From positions 1 through 62,400 of the IMG/VR virus record IMGVR_UViG_3300009071_000009: a stretch of DNA of 62,400 bases; one strand, written 5' to 3'. How positions within the stretch are numbered: the stretch's first letter is position 1; every line of letters starts with the position of its first letter. This DNA comes from a virus. Its lineage: Duplodnaviria; Caudoviricetes. Position numbers and translations under genes: made by a program. Positions 1 to 8,547 of this stretch are shown here, piece by piece. The notes under the pieces are model-generated. The model was not told where the DNA came from, searched no databases, and was given only the letters and a program-made list of their open reading frames with translations.

Positions 1-1
1 C

Positions 2-154
2 AACGACTTTAATCTTCGTCCTGGTTTTGGTTCAACTGATTTTTGGAATTTTGTTGAGTCTGATATGTATATGGACTTATCTGGTGTTTATGCATCTACT
101 TACATCGACGAATGTTTTGATGTCTTAGCAGAACTAGAACTTGAAGGAGTATAA
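2..154 (+). CDS. Partial hypothetical protein (5' end outside window)
   Basis: Open frame from base 2 to TAA at 152-154 (…FWNFVESDMYMDL…LELEGV); its end carries the AAGGAG SD of the next gene. Confidence 0.7.
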   Translation, partial: NDFNLRPGFGSTDFWNFVESDMYMDLSGVYASTYIDECFDVLAELELEGV

Positions 155-156
155 TA

Positions 157-564
157 ATGGCTTTTACTTACTCAGATGATTGTTTCTCCGACCTTCATAA
201 AGATGTTTATGGATTTCGTCCTCGTGGAGTTTTAATGGATGAGTGGAATGACCGCACTCCTCGCCAAAAACAAGAGCTATGGAATGCTCTTTGTGATCAG
301 CTTGAGGAGAATACCGCTCGTGAAAAAAAGATTGAAGAAATGAAAGTTGATGAATTCAAAGAACGCATTCATCAAGCCCAAACCTGGGGTGCTCATGATT
401 ACTGGGATGCTTTACGCTGGATTACTGGTTCTGAAACCTTTTACCATTCTCAAGACGTTGAACATTTTGTATGGGAACAGGGAATTCTGTTTACTCAATA
501 CGGTAAACAGTTAGTTAAAGATCTCTTGAAGATCGTTGAATATAAGGAATATAATTATGCTTAA
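157..564 (+). CDS. Hypothetical phage protein
   Basis: 135-aa ORF with AAGGAG SD; N-terminus FSDLHKDVYGFRPR is typical of small early genes of large phages. Confidence 0.8.
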   Translation: MAFTYSDDCFSDLHKDVYGFRPRGVLMDEWNDRTPRQKQELWNALCDQLEENTAREKKIEEMKVDEFKERIHQAQTWGAHDYWDALRWITGSETFYHSQDVEHFVWEQGILFTQYGKQLVKDLLKIVEYKEYNYA

Positions 565-727
565 TAAGTACTTTAGAATTGAAGCTTTTTCTTTTGAAGA
601 TGGCGAGTACAAGTTGCAAGAGTTTGCAACCGGTTTTGCTCATAAGCAAGCCGCTGATTACTTTCGTCGCATGCATGATACTAATGAATTTGCTAAGATC
701 ACTATGAAACCTGTAAAGGCAGCATAA
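536..727 (+). CDS. Hypothetical protein (likely start ATG 557)
   Basis: Tightly packed ORF; AAGGA precedes MLNKYF. Confidence 0.6.
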   Translation: MNIRNIIMLNKYFRIEAFSFEDGEYKLQEFATGFAHKQAADYFRRMHDTNEFAKITMKPVKAA

Positions 728-931
728 ATGCATTGGGTCTTAGTATACATCGCAATTTCTGGTCATTCAATTTATGCTGTCAATGCTATGGGCCCGAAAA
801 TTTATTTTGAAACTATTACTGAGTGCTTTTTCGCTAGAGAAAGATTGTCATTGACTGTAGGAGGAACCGTAGAAGGTTACTTTCCTCTTAACACTCAAGC
901 AGTTTGTGTACAAGCCTCTGTTGTAGAATAG
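728..931 (+). CDS. Small hypothetical protein with hydrophobic N-terminus and two Cys
   Basis: 67-aa ORF abutting the previous stop codon. Confidence 0.65.
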   Translation: MHWVLVYIAISGHSIYAVNAMGPKIYFETITECFFARERLSLTVGGTVEGYFPLNTQAVCVQASVVE

Positions 932-934
932 AAT

Positions 935-1012
935 GGTCACGTAGCTCAGCTGGATTAGAGCAAGGCACTTCTAATGCCTAGGCCGGGGGTTCGAGTCCTC
1001 CCGTGATCACCA
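935..1012 (+). tRNA. tRNA-Arg(TCT)
   Basis: Acceptor GGTCACG/CGTGATC, anticodon arm AGGCA-CTTCTAA-TGCCT, T loop TTCGAGT, encoded CCA. Confidence 0.95.
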
Positions 1013-1014
1013 AT

Positions 1015-1099
1015 ACTCGCATGTTGGAATTGGTAGACAATGAAGACTTAAAATCTTTTGCCTTAGGGCGTACCGGTTCGAGTCCGGTTGCGAGTACCA
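1015..1099 (+). tRNA. tRNA-Leu(TAA)
   Basis: Acceptor ACTCGCA/TGCGAGT, anticodon arm GAAGA-CTTAAAA-TCTTT, long variable arm, CCA. Confidence 0.95.
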
Positions 1100-1105
1100 A
1101 ATAAT

Positions 1106-1182
1106 ATTCCTCTAGCTCAATTGGTTAGAGCAGAACGCTCATAACGTTTTGGTTACAGGTTCGAGTCCTGTGGGGAGTACCA
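1106..1182 (+). tRNA. tRNA with CAT anticodon (elongator Met or lysidine-modified Ile2)
   Basis: Acceptor ATTCCTC/GGGGAGT, anticodon arm GAACG-CTCATAA-CGTTT, T arm ACAGG-TTCGAGT-CCTGT, CCA; lacks initiator features (no three consecutive G-C pairs in the anticodon stem). Confidence 0.9.
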
Positions 1183-1191
1183 TTAAACTAT

Positions 1192-1268
1192 CTCGGAGTA
1201 GCGCAGGCTGGTAGCGCATTTGGTTTGGGACCAAAGGGTCGGGAGTTCGAATCTCTCCTCCGAGACCA
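1192..1268 (+). tRNA. tRNA-Pro(TGG)
   Basis: Acceptor CTCGGAG/CTCCGAG, anticodon arm TTTGG-TTTGGGA-CCAAA, T loop TTCGAAT, CCA. Confidence 0.95.
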
Positions 1269-1300
1269 ATTAATAAATAATTTAAACATAAGGATGTATA

Positions 1301-1417
1301 ATGCCAAAAGGCTTCACAAACGCTAAGAAAACGTCAATCGGTAGAAGAAACGTAAAGAAGTCTTCTATGAATAAAAGTAAAAAACGTAGTTTTAAAAAAT
1401 ACAGGGGACAGGGGTGA
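1301..1417 (+). CDS. 38-aa highly basic peptide ending YRGQG (missing from ORF track)
   Basis: MPKGFTNAKKTSIGRRNVKKSSMNKSKKRSFKKYRGQG; AAGGA SD and late-promoter-like AATAAATA at 1272-1279. Confidence 0.75.
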   Translation: MPKGFTNAKKTSIGRRNVKKSSMNKSKKRSFKKYRGQG

Positions 1418-2016
1418 ATTACTACTTATTTGGGTTACAGAGATCAGGCACAAATTTAGTCCAGAATTTAATTGAAGACAATTATGGATTAAAACCAGCA
1501 AATGCTGCCCCTGAAGAGTGGAAACACTCTATGAAACCTAATTTAAAAAATGATTATCCAGTTTTTAAGGTAATAAAAAATCCATACACTTGGGTTGAAT
1601 CTATAGTTTATAGAGAACGCGCAGATTTCTTTCAAAAACATGATTTTGACTTTTTTCAAACAGGTCCATTTATGGTCGAAGACGTAAACTTAAATATGTT
1701 AATGTACGTTTACAAAACTTGGTACGATCAATGGAAAGATAAAGGCACACTTATTAAGTATGAGGATATTTTATATCCAGAACAGCAAAGAGAATATTTT
1801 GCAAAACACTTTGGAGATTTGGGAAGTTGGAAAACAGTTGCGCCTGGATCCATGTTTATGTGTGAAGAATTTAAATATAAAGACTTAGAATATTATGAAA
1901 AGCAGAAACCAACGAAGCTAACTGGTATGCAGGTGAAAATAATTAATAAAGTGATGACTAAATATTTCTTTATTGAAACTGGATTCAAAATGTTAAGAGT
2001 AAAAGGATTAATCTAA
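1414..2016 (+). CDS. Sulfotransferase-like protein
   Basis: 5'-PSB-like GLQRSGTN, KNPYTWVES, IKYEDI motifs. Confidence 0.7.
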   Translation: MNYYLFGLQRSGTNLVQNLIEDNYGLKPANAAPEEWKHSMKPNLKNDYPVFKVIKNPYTWVESIVYRERADFFQKHDFDFFQTGPFMVEDVNLNMLMYVYKTWYDQWKDKGTLIKYEDILYPEQQREYFAKHFGDLGSWKTVAPGSMFMCEEFKYKDLEYYEKQKPTKLTGMQVKIINKVMTKYFFIETGFKMLRVKGLI

Positions 2017-2529
2017 AACCGTAAATCTGCGAAATCCTATTGCAGTAGATAAAGGTTTTTCTCCTATAGTTACTTGATCATTATCATTTCCACTTATAAT
2101 AAGAACATATGTTTCCCCATATCTTTGTCTTTTTTCTAAGAAAAAACCAACATGTCCTTGCCACTCTTCACCATCTTGTCGAGGAAAAACTATGATATCA
2201 CCTTGAGTTAAATCATTAGGAAGAACTTGCTCTCCATACTCTAAGAAACTTCTTGCAAGCAGTGATGTTTCAGGATCCATAACTTCAGAGCCCCAATATC
2301 CTGATTTTATTAAAACCGCGTTCATAAATGCAGCGCACCACGGTGTGATAACAGGATCAACATTTAAAAATTCTTTTAATTCTTTTCTATGCGTCTTTTC
2401 GTTATATCCAATATACATATAACTGTTCGCAATAAAAGGATGAGTGTATTCAGATGCGGATGGCAATCCAGCGCATGCTGAAGTAATTTGTGCTAGTGCA
2501 CCGATGGTAAAAAAAGTGATTTTATTCAT
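2008..2529 (-). CDS. CHAP/NlpC-P60-type peptidoglycan hydrolase (TIGR02594-like), possible lipoprotein
   Basis: TPWCAAF, GDIIVF, GHVGF, SGN motifs; N-terminus MNKITFFTIGALAQITSAC looks like a signal with lipobox. Confidence 0.75.
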   Translation of the reverse strand: MNKITFFTIGALAQITSACAGLPSASEYTHPFIANSYMYIGYNEKTHRKELKEFLNVDPVITPWCAAFMNAVLIKSGYWGSEVMDPETSLLARSFLEYGEQVLPNDLTQGDIIVFPRQDGEEWQGHVGFFLEKRQRYGETYVLIISGNDNDQVTIGEKPLSTAIGFRRFTVLD

Positions 2530-2537
2530 TTTTATGG

Positions 2538-2566
2538 TGTACATTTCAATAGAACTATGGTAGTAT
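2538..2566 (+). promoter_or_regulatory. Early sigma70-type promoter
   Basis: TGTACA-17 nt-TAGTAT with TATGG before the -10; same architecture recurs five more times. Confidence 0.75.
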
Positions 2567-2592
2567 ATATAGAAACTTAAAGGAGATACATC

Positions 2593-3051
2593 ATGAAAAA
2601 AATTATTCTAGCAACTACAATGCTTGCTACAATGGCTACATCAGCCTTTGCTGCAACTCGTCCAGCAAAAATAGTATTTGTTGAAACAGAAACAGTTTAC
2701 GAAAATGTTTATGTTGAAAAAGAAGTTTGTACGCGTGAAAGAGTAGAGTACACTACACCAAGCGGTGATGTTTTAGGTGGTTTAATTATTGGTGGAATTC
2801 TTGGTAAAATTGTAACAGGAGATGACGGTGGTGCTGCTGTAGGCGCTATCCTCGGTGCAGGGATTGAAGGCAACAAGAAAAAGCATATTGGTCATGGATA
2901 CGAAACTAGATGTGAAATTATAGTTGAACCTGTTAAACGAGAAGTTAACATGTATGTTGTCCATTGGAAATATAAAGGAAAGCGTGGCTATTTCTTTACA
3001 GAAAAGAAACACTATGTTGGTCATACTATTCACGTTGATGTCGGTCACTAA
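2593..3051 (+). CDS. Secreted/membrane glycine-zipper protein
   Basis: Signal peptide; GGLIIGGILG…GAAVGAILGAG glycine zipper. Confidence 0.7.
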   Translation: MKKIILATTMLATMATSAFAATRPAKIVFVETETVYENVYVEKEVCTRERVEYTTPSGDVLGGLIIGGILGKIVTGDDGGAAVGAILGAGIEGNKKKHIGHGYETRCEIIVEPVKREVNMYVVHWKYKGKRGYFFTEKKHYVGHTIHVDVGH

Positions 3052-3695
3052 TGGTATTTAAATTAAGTGGTGATTTAAATAGATGGGGCATTGGAAAAAT
3101 TGGTCGAGGATTAATCAATTCAGAAAAAGATAAATTTTGGCTAGATATTCCAAAAAACGCCTCGCAAACTACCATTCATGGATTAACTAATCGTCATCCA
3201 AATGATGGAAAATGGGTGCCAATTAATTCAGAAAATTTTAAAGTCAATTCTATCCAGAAATATTTGATTGTTAGAGATCCGATCCAGAGATGGGTCGGAT
3301 CTTCAGTCGAATTAGCATGGCATCATCATAAAACTAAATCAGAGGGAAATTTTTTCGCACGGAAAAATCTAAAAGAATGGTATGATATGCATGCACGTCC
3401 TGATCTTCATCATTTACCACAATGGGTATGGGCAAGACATCTAGATCTACATGATAATACAACCTTTATAATAATGGATAATAAAGATATTAAATTAAAA
3501 CTAAATAAAACGTTTTCAGACTACAACTTTGATGTGAACGTAAACTACAGTGAAGACAACGAATTTAAAAAGAAAATTAAATATCGTATTATGGATGAAT
3601 TTATGACAGATCATGTCTTTGTAGATAAATTAAAAGATTACTATGCTGAAGACTACGATTTATTGGAATTAGCATATACATCAAGTGGACACTAA
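3051..3695 (+). CDS. Sulfotransferase family 2-like protein
   Basis: IPKNASQT, VRDPIQRWVGS, HHLPQ, YYAEDYDL motifs. Confidence 0.7.
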   Translation: MVFKLSGDLNRWGIGKIGRGLINSEKDKFWLDIPKNASQTTIHGLTNRHPNDGKWVPINSENFKVNSIQKYLIVRDPIQRWVGSSVELAWHHHKTKSEGNFFARKNLKEWYDMHARPDLHHLPQWVWARHLDLHDNTTFIIMDNKDIKLKLNKTFSDYNFDVNVNYSEDNEFKKKIKYRIMDEFMTDHVFVDKLKDYYAEDYDLLELAYTSSGH

Positions 3696-3720
3696 ATGAT
3701 TATAGATATAGAGGTAACAC

Positions 3721-3870
3721 ATGGTTGATAGTAACGATCCAGAACCAATACGGTATTATGAATGGATGCTTTGGAAATTAAGACAAGAGCGGAAAGAAGA
3801 TAACGCGAAAAGTATTGAAGGGCTTTGGAAATTAAGACAAGAGCGGAAAGAAGATAACAATGAAACTTAG
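3721..3870 (+). CDS. 49-aa hypothetical protein with internal duplication (missing from ORF track)
   Basis: GAGG SD; MVDSNDPEPIRYYEWMLWKLRQERKEDNAKSIEGLWKLRQERKEDNNET. Confidence 0.6.
   Translation: MVDSNDPEPIRYYEWMLWKLRQERKEDNAKSIEGLWKLRQERKEDNNET
3768..3858 (+). repeat. Two exact 37-bp direct repeats, period 54 bp
   Basis: GCTTTGGAAATTAAGACAAGAGCGGAAAGAAGATAAC at 3768-3804 and 3822-3858. Confidence 0.95.
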
Positions 3871-4102
3871 AAATCAAATTTTGGGAACAGCTTTACAACA
3901 CGCAGACGGTGAAATTCAAATACATAAAATGAATATTGAAGTTTATTTAACTAACCCTGCAGGTATAGGCGAACACAGTGATGTAATGGAAGCTATTCAA
4001 GGTGAACTTGATAAAATGGCATTAGCGCATGATCGTAAAGAAATGCTTATTAAGTATTTTGAAGGCTTAAAAAACCAGGTTTGGCAAAACGATGACAAAT
4101 AA
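3860..4102 (+). CDS. Small conserved T4-like phage protein
   Basis: NIEVYLTNPAGIGEHSDVMEAI motif recognised from marine T4-like phages. Confidence 0.75.
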   Translation: MKLRNQILGTALQHADGEIQIHKMNIEVYLTNPAGIGEHSDVMEAIQGELDKMALAHDRKEMLIKYFEGLKNQVWQNDDK

Positions 4103-4940
4103 AAAATATAAAGATTTCTATGACAACGATAATTTGTGGATGTGGTTAGATATATGTACAAATTGTAATGCTGGATGTCCCGAATGTCACAGAACAGATT
4201 GGGAAGGTGGAGGCCTTGGAAAGCAAGAATGGCTTCCTCTTATTAGTTGGACTTTTACACAATTTAAAAAATGCTATCCACCTGAATTTATCAAAAAAGT
4301 AAAAGAGTGGGACATTTGTGGAACGTGGGGAGATCCTGCAATGTGTAAAGATTTATACGAAATTGCAGAATATATTATTACTCATCGTCCTGATGTTAAA
4401 CTAAGTATTGATTCAAATGGCAGCATTAGATCAAAAGCTTGGTGGAGAAAACTTGGTGAATTATCTAAGCTTATGCCTCTTGATGAAGGTGTAAGACCTA
4501 TTAGAGTTGACTGGGCAATTGAAGGTATCAATCAAGAAATGCACCAAGCGTATCGTAGAAAAACTCACTTGAATAAAGTGTTAGGAAATATGCAGGCTTT
4601 TGTTGAAGGTGGAGGTTATGCAACAGCTATGGTAGTTGTTCATAAACATAATCAAAACCATTTGCAAGAAATTAAAGATTTGGCAATGACTTATGGCGCA
4701 AGTGAAGCTTGGTTCACAGAATCTAATCGTTTTTACAATGGTCCTATTTTCCATTTTAAAGATGAACATGGTAATGATGCTACATTAGAACAAGCCGGTG
4801 GTGATTATTATAAACCTAATCCAGTTAGACCACCACAAGCGGATTGGAAAACTAGAGTAGAAAAACAAGCCTGGTTCAAAGAAGCACAAGAAGGCGTAGA
4901 TGAAATAGAGGAATTTGAAGATGAAGACAACTTGTATTGA
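4092..4940 (+). CDS. Radical SAM protein (core domain)
   Basis: CxxxCxxC motif CNAGCPEC; GTWGDP; SNGS. Confidence 0.85.
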   Translation: MTNKKYKDFYDNDNLWMWLDICTNCNAGCPECHRTDWEGGGLGKQEWLPLISWTFTQFKKCYPPEFIKKVKEWDICGTWGDPAMCKDLYEIAEYIITHRPDVKLSIDSNGSIRSKAWWRKLGELSKLMPLDEGVRPIRVDWAIEGINQEMHQAYRRKTHLNKVLGNMQAFVEGGGYATAMVVVHKHNQNHLQEIKDLAMTYGASEAWFTESNRFYNGPIFHFKDEHGNDATLEQAGGDYYKPNPVRPPQADWKTRVEKQAWFKEAQEGVDEIEEFEDEDNLY

Positions 4941-5328
4941 ATGTAGTTGGCAAAATGAAGGAAAAATTTTAATTAATCCTGATGGTCAAGTTTTTCCTTG
5001 CTGTTATCTTGCTAATAAAACATATAAAGCTGATCAACACGGCGCAGCTTTTCCTACTATGGAAGAAAAATCTGAAGAGTGGGGTAATTGGTTTTGGAAA
5101 GAAAAGTCTGATGCTATTATGAGAAAATATATAGAGCATAAAGACGATTTAAATGTATTTAATAAACCAATGGAAGAAATTGTAAATCATCCTTGGTTTA
5201 CAGAATGGCTACCTGAGTCATGGGAAGATGAGGAAACACGTAATGAAATTTGTGTTACGTTTTGTGAAGTTCCTGTAGATGAAGAAGAGAAAAAAGAATT
5301 TTTTGAAAAGTATACTAATTCATCATGA
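4915..5328 (+). CDS. Stand-alone SPASM/twitch-like Fe-S domain protein
   Basis: INPDGQVFPCC and C-terminal CVTFC; overlaps the radical SAM gene end. Confidence 0.7.
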   Translation: MKMKTTCIECSWQNEGKILINPDGQVFPCCYLANKTYKADQHGAAFPTMEEKSEEWGNWFWKEKSDAIMRKYIEHKDDLNVFNKPMEEIVNHPWFTEWLPESWEDEETRNEICVTFCEVPVDEEEKKEFFEKYTNSS

Positions 5329-6686
5329 CATTAATAGTAGGCATAAGTGAGGGATTTCACGATGCTGGCCATTGCGTAATAAGAAATGGAAGAATTATTA
5401 AAGCGCAGCATTCAGAAAGATTTACTCGTAAAAAGAATGATAGATGGTTATCTGAAAACTCTGCAACAGATATTTGCAGAGCTGATGTAGTTGCCTTTTA
5501 TGAAAAACCTTGGCTAAAAAAGACACGCCAGTTTTATGCTGGACAAGGTTGGAAAAAAACTCATACAGAATACGATGTTTCTTTTCCTCATCATATGTCA
5601 CACGCCGCAGCAGGATTTTATACATCCACATTTAATGAATGCAATATTCTAGTAGTTGATGCTATTGGGGAATGGGATACTATTTCTGTCTGGAAAGCCT
5701 GGATGGATGGTGATGTACCAAAAATGAAAAAGACTAAGAGTTGGAAATATCCATATTCTCTTGGTCTTTTTTATTCTGCGATAACACAAAGAATTGGACT
5801 TAAACCTCAAGAAGATGAATATATTACAATGGGCATGGCTGCTTATGGTTCGCCAAAACATGTCACCGCTTTGCAACCTTATATGGAATCTAATTGCCAT
5901 AAAGGTATTGGCACTGCAATCCCAGAAGCAAAAGATGAAGATCTTGCATCATCTGCACAATTTTGCATTGAAAGAGAAATATTACAGATAATAGAAGATC
6001 ATTGCCCTCATAAAAATTTAGTGTTTATGGGAGGTGTTGCTCTTAACTGTGTTTTAAATACTAAGATAGCTGAACGCGGAAAAAATATATGGATCATGCC
6101 TAATCCTGGTGACTGTGGGTCCTCTCTCGGCGCCGCGGCGTTGGCATATGGTAAGAAATTAAAATGGAGGCACCCATACCTTGGTACAGATATCCGAAGA
6201 GAAATCAATCCTACAGAAATTGTTCAACATTTGCTTGATTATTCTTATTGCGGGGTTGCAAATGGCCGTGCTGAGTTTGGCCCTCGTGCCCTTGGCAATC
6301 GTAGCTTGCTTGCTGACCCTAGACGAGATATTAAAGATACAGTTAACCAAATTAAACGTAGACAAAAGTTTCGACCCTTTGCACCTGCAATCCTGGAAGA
6401 ATATGCTAAAGAATATTTCGAAGGACCAATGAATGAATACATGCAATTTGTGGCAATGGCCAAGCATGATTACTCATCAGTAACACACGTAGATGGATCA
6501 GCAAGAGTACAAATTGTAAAGAGAAATTGCATGTCACCATTGAGAATTATTCTAGAAGAATGGATGAATAAAACAGGTGTTCCTATGTTATTAAATACAA
6601 GTCTTAATATTAAAGGACAGCCTATGGTAGACACGTGGAAACACGCGTTGGAATTTCAAGAGCATTATAATGTTAAAGTTTTCTAA
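5325..6686 (+). CDS. Carbamoyltransferase (NodU/CmcH/TobZ family)
   Basis: HDAG, ERFTRKK, HHMSHAA, DAIGE, GGVALN, EFGPRALGNRS, RPFAP, HVDGSARVQ, LNTSLN. Confidence 0.95.
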   Translation: MTLIVGISEGFHDAGHCVIRNGRIIKAQHSERFTRKKNDRWLSENSATDICRADVVAFYEKPWLKKTRQFYAGQGWKKTHTEYDVSFPHHMSHAAAGFYTSTFNECNILVVDAIGEWDTISVWKAWMDGDVPKMKKTKSWKYPYSLGLFYSAITQRIGLKPQEDEYITMGMAAYGSPKHVTALQPYMESNCHKGIGTAIPEAKDEDLASSAQFCIEREILQIIEDHCPHKNLVFMGGVALNCVLNTKIAERGKNIWIMPNPGDCGSSLGAAALAYGKKLKWRHPYLGTDIRREINPTEIVQHLLDYSYCGVANGRAEFGPRALGNRSLLADPRRDIKDTVNQIKRRQKFRPFAPAILEEYAKEYFEGPMNEYMQFVAMAKHDYSSVTHVDGSARVQIVKRNCMSPLRIILEEWMNKTGVPMLLNTSLNIKGQPMVDTWKHALEFQEHYNVKVF

Positions 6687-7491
6687 AGAATTATATGCCT
6701 GTGGGTGCAGTTATACTTCAAAAAATTGGATCGTCTCAGATGCTAATAAAATAGAAGGCTATGAAACAGGACCACATCTTATGTGGCCAGAAATTTTAGC
6801 TAAAAAATTAAATTTAAAAGAAGTCAATCATGGTTTAGAAGGTCATGGGAATGATTACATTATGCAAAATAGTGTAAAATACATCCTTGATAATCATAAA
6901 AAAATTGATGTGGTTTGTATCCAGTGGTCTGAATTAACCAGAATGTGGGTTTATGACATGAATTACTTTAATCCTTCTGTGTGGCTAGATGAAGACTTAC
7001 GAAAGTTTGACAGATGGGGTGATGATTTTGTTGGTTTTCCAAATATTTTTGGTGATCGGTTTACAGCTTCCATAGCATTAATGAAATATGTTGCCAGAGA
7101 TCCTTATACGGTTGTAGATTTATTTAAAAAATATCTTAGAGAAATATACACCTTGCAAAAATTATGTGAAGAATTAAATGTTAAATATATTTTTGGTCAA
7201 GGCTTTCCAGCACATCAGTTAGATCAATGGCGTTTAATTAATCCAGACCTAGATTGGAAAGAAACATTAAATTGTTTAATAGGACAACCGGAATTTCATT
7301 TAATTAATAAGAAAAAATTTATGGGTTGGCCGTGTCTACCTGAACTTGGTGGAATGACAATGACTACAGGACATCCTGATTTTGAACCTCGAACAAATAG
7401 ATTAAATCCTATGGATGATCATCCAAGCGCTAAAGGCCAGGAGCTTATTGCGAAGCAGTTTCATAATAAATACGTGGAGTTATATGGATGA
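6670..7491 (+). CDS. SGNH/GDSL hydrolase-like protein
   Basis: GCSYT block I, G..GN block II, DDHP block V. Confidence 0.7.
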   Translation: MLKFSKELYACGCSYTSKNWIVSDANKIEGYETGPHLMWPEILAKKLNLKEVNHGLEGHGNDYIMQNSVKYILDNHKKIDVVCIQWSELTRMWVYDMNYFNPSVWLDEDLRKFDRWGDDFVGFPNIFGDRFTASIALMKYVARDPYTVVDLFKKYLREIYTLQKLCEELNVKYIFGQGFPAHQLDQWRLINPDLDWKETLNCLIGQPEFHLINKKKFMGWPCLPELGGMTMTTGHPDFEPRTNRLNPMDDHPSAKGQELIAKQFHNKYVELYG

Positions 7492-8468
7492 CTTATATTT
7501 TATTTGGTGGCTGCAGTTTCACTGCGGAATCATATTACTGGTTTCAATTCATACAACAAGATAATGAAAATTTATTACATGATTACCATAGAGGTCTTAA
7601 TGTTTTTCCAGCGTGGCCTGAAATTTTAACGAATCAGCTTAATAAAAAAATAGGTAGTAATTATGAATGTGTAAATGTTGCTGTGTCTGGAGATAGTAAT
7701 CAACAAGCCATTAGAAATATATTTGATTATATCGGAGGAAATAATTTAAATTGGCGTTTAAATATTCCAGAAGGAGCAAAAGAAAAACCAGAAGCAATAG
7801 TTATAGGTCTTACTGAATGGACAAGATTTATAGACATATATGGAAATGCTATAACTTGTTCATTGATTAGTGATTTAGAGTTTCAAGGATTTTATGACGA
7901 CCTAGAATCATTTAATGAATTAGAAGAAATTTTAATTGATTGGCGCAACACAAGAGAATCAAATAGAAAATTAAAATCTCATACTGCATCTCTTATGACT
8001 GGATTTTTAGAAGGCAACCAAGAAAGAAAATATTATCGAGGCGCATTGCAGCTTAATTTAGATTATATGGAAATGTTAATTCTTTATTGTCGTGCACACG
8101 ACATAAAACTTCTTTTTTGTCAAATATTAAATCCTTGGTGGAGTGGTGGAGGTATTGAATTTCAGGAAGAGTGTGCAAAACGTGTACATTATGAGTGCGA
8201 TTATCTACAACATAGAATAAATACTATTGAAAGTTATTTTAATGAAAGCTGTAAATTTTTAAATCAAAAAGGATTAGATGCAGCACTAAGAGAGAATGCT
8301 AATACTTTGGGTCAAAAATGGAAATGGTCGACAGCTTTTCATTGCTGTAATGTTCCAATTCCATCTACTGGTAAACCTGATCCATATGACCAACATCCAA
8401 ACAAAGAAGGACATGAATATATTGCGAGCCTTATATCTAAAGATTTTAATGCATTATTCAATCATTAA
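7488..8468 (+). CDS. SGNH/GDSL hydrolase-like protein
   Basis: GGCSFT, NVAVSGDSN, DQHPNKEGH. Confidence 0.7.
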   Translation: MTYILFGGCSFTAESYYWFQFIQQDNENLLHDYHRGLNVFPAWPEILTNQLNKKIGSNYECVNVAVSGDSNQQAIRNIFDYIGGNNLNWRLNIPEGAKEKPEAIVIGLTEWTRFIDIYGNAITCSLISDLEFQGFYDDLESFNELEEILIDWRNTRESNRKLKSHTASLMTGFLEGNQERKYYRGALQLNLDYMEMLILYCRAHDIKLLFCQILNPWWSGGGIEFQEECAKRVHYECDYLQHRINTIESYFNESCKFLNQKGLDAALRENANTLGQKWKWSTAFHCCNVPIPSTGKPDPYDQHPNKEGHEYIASLISKDFNALFNH

Positions 8469-8547
8469 ATACAAAATTAAATTAAAATTTTTTAAGCCTA
8501 AACACGAAGAAAAAACTCACGTGTTTATTTACGAACAGGACGAGTAA
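8449..8547 (+). CDS. 32-aa peptide with C-terminal FIYE motif
   Basis: MHYSIIKYKIKLKFFKPKHEEKTHVFIYEQDE fills the gap exactly up to the next ATG. Confidence 0.5.
   Translation: MHYSIIKYKIKLKFFKPKHEEKTHVFIYEQDE

Noticed and set aside
3768-3858. Possible mini CRISPR array (37-bp repeats)
   Set aside because: Only two copies, 17-bp spacer, in-frame within a small ORF, no cas genes
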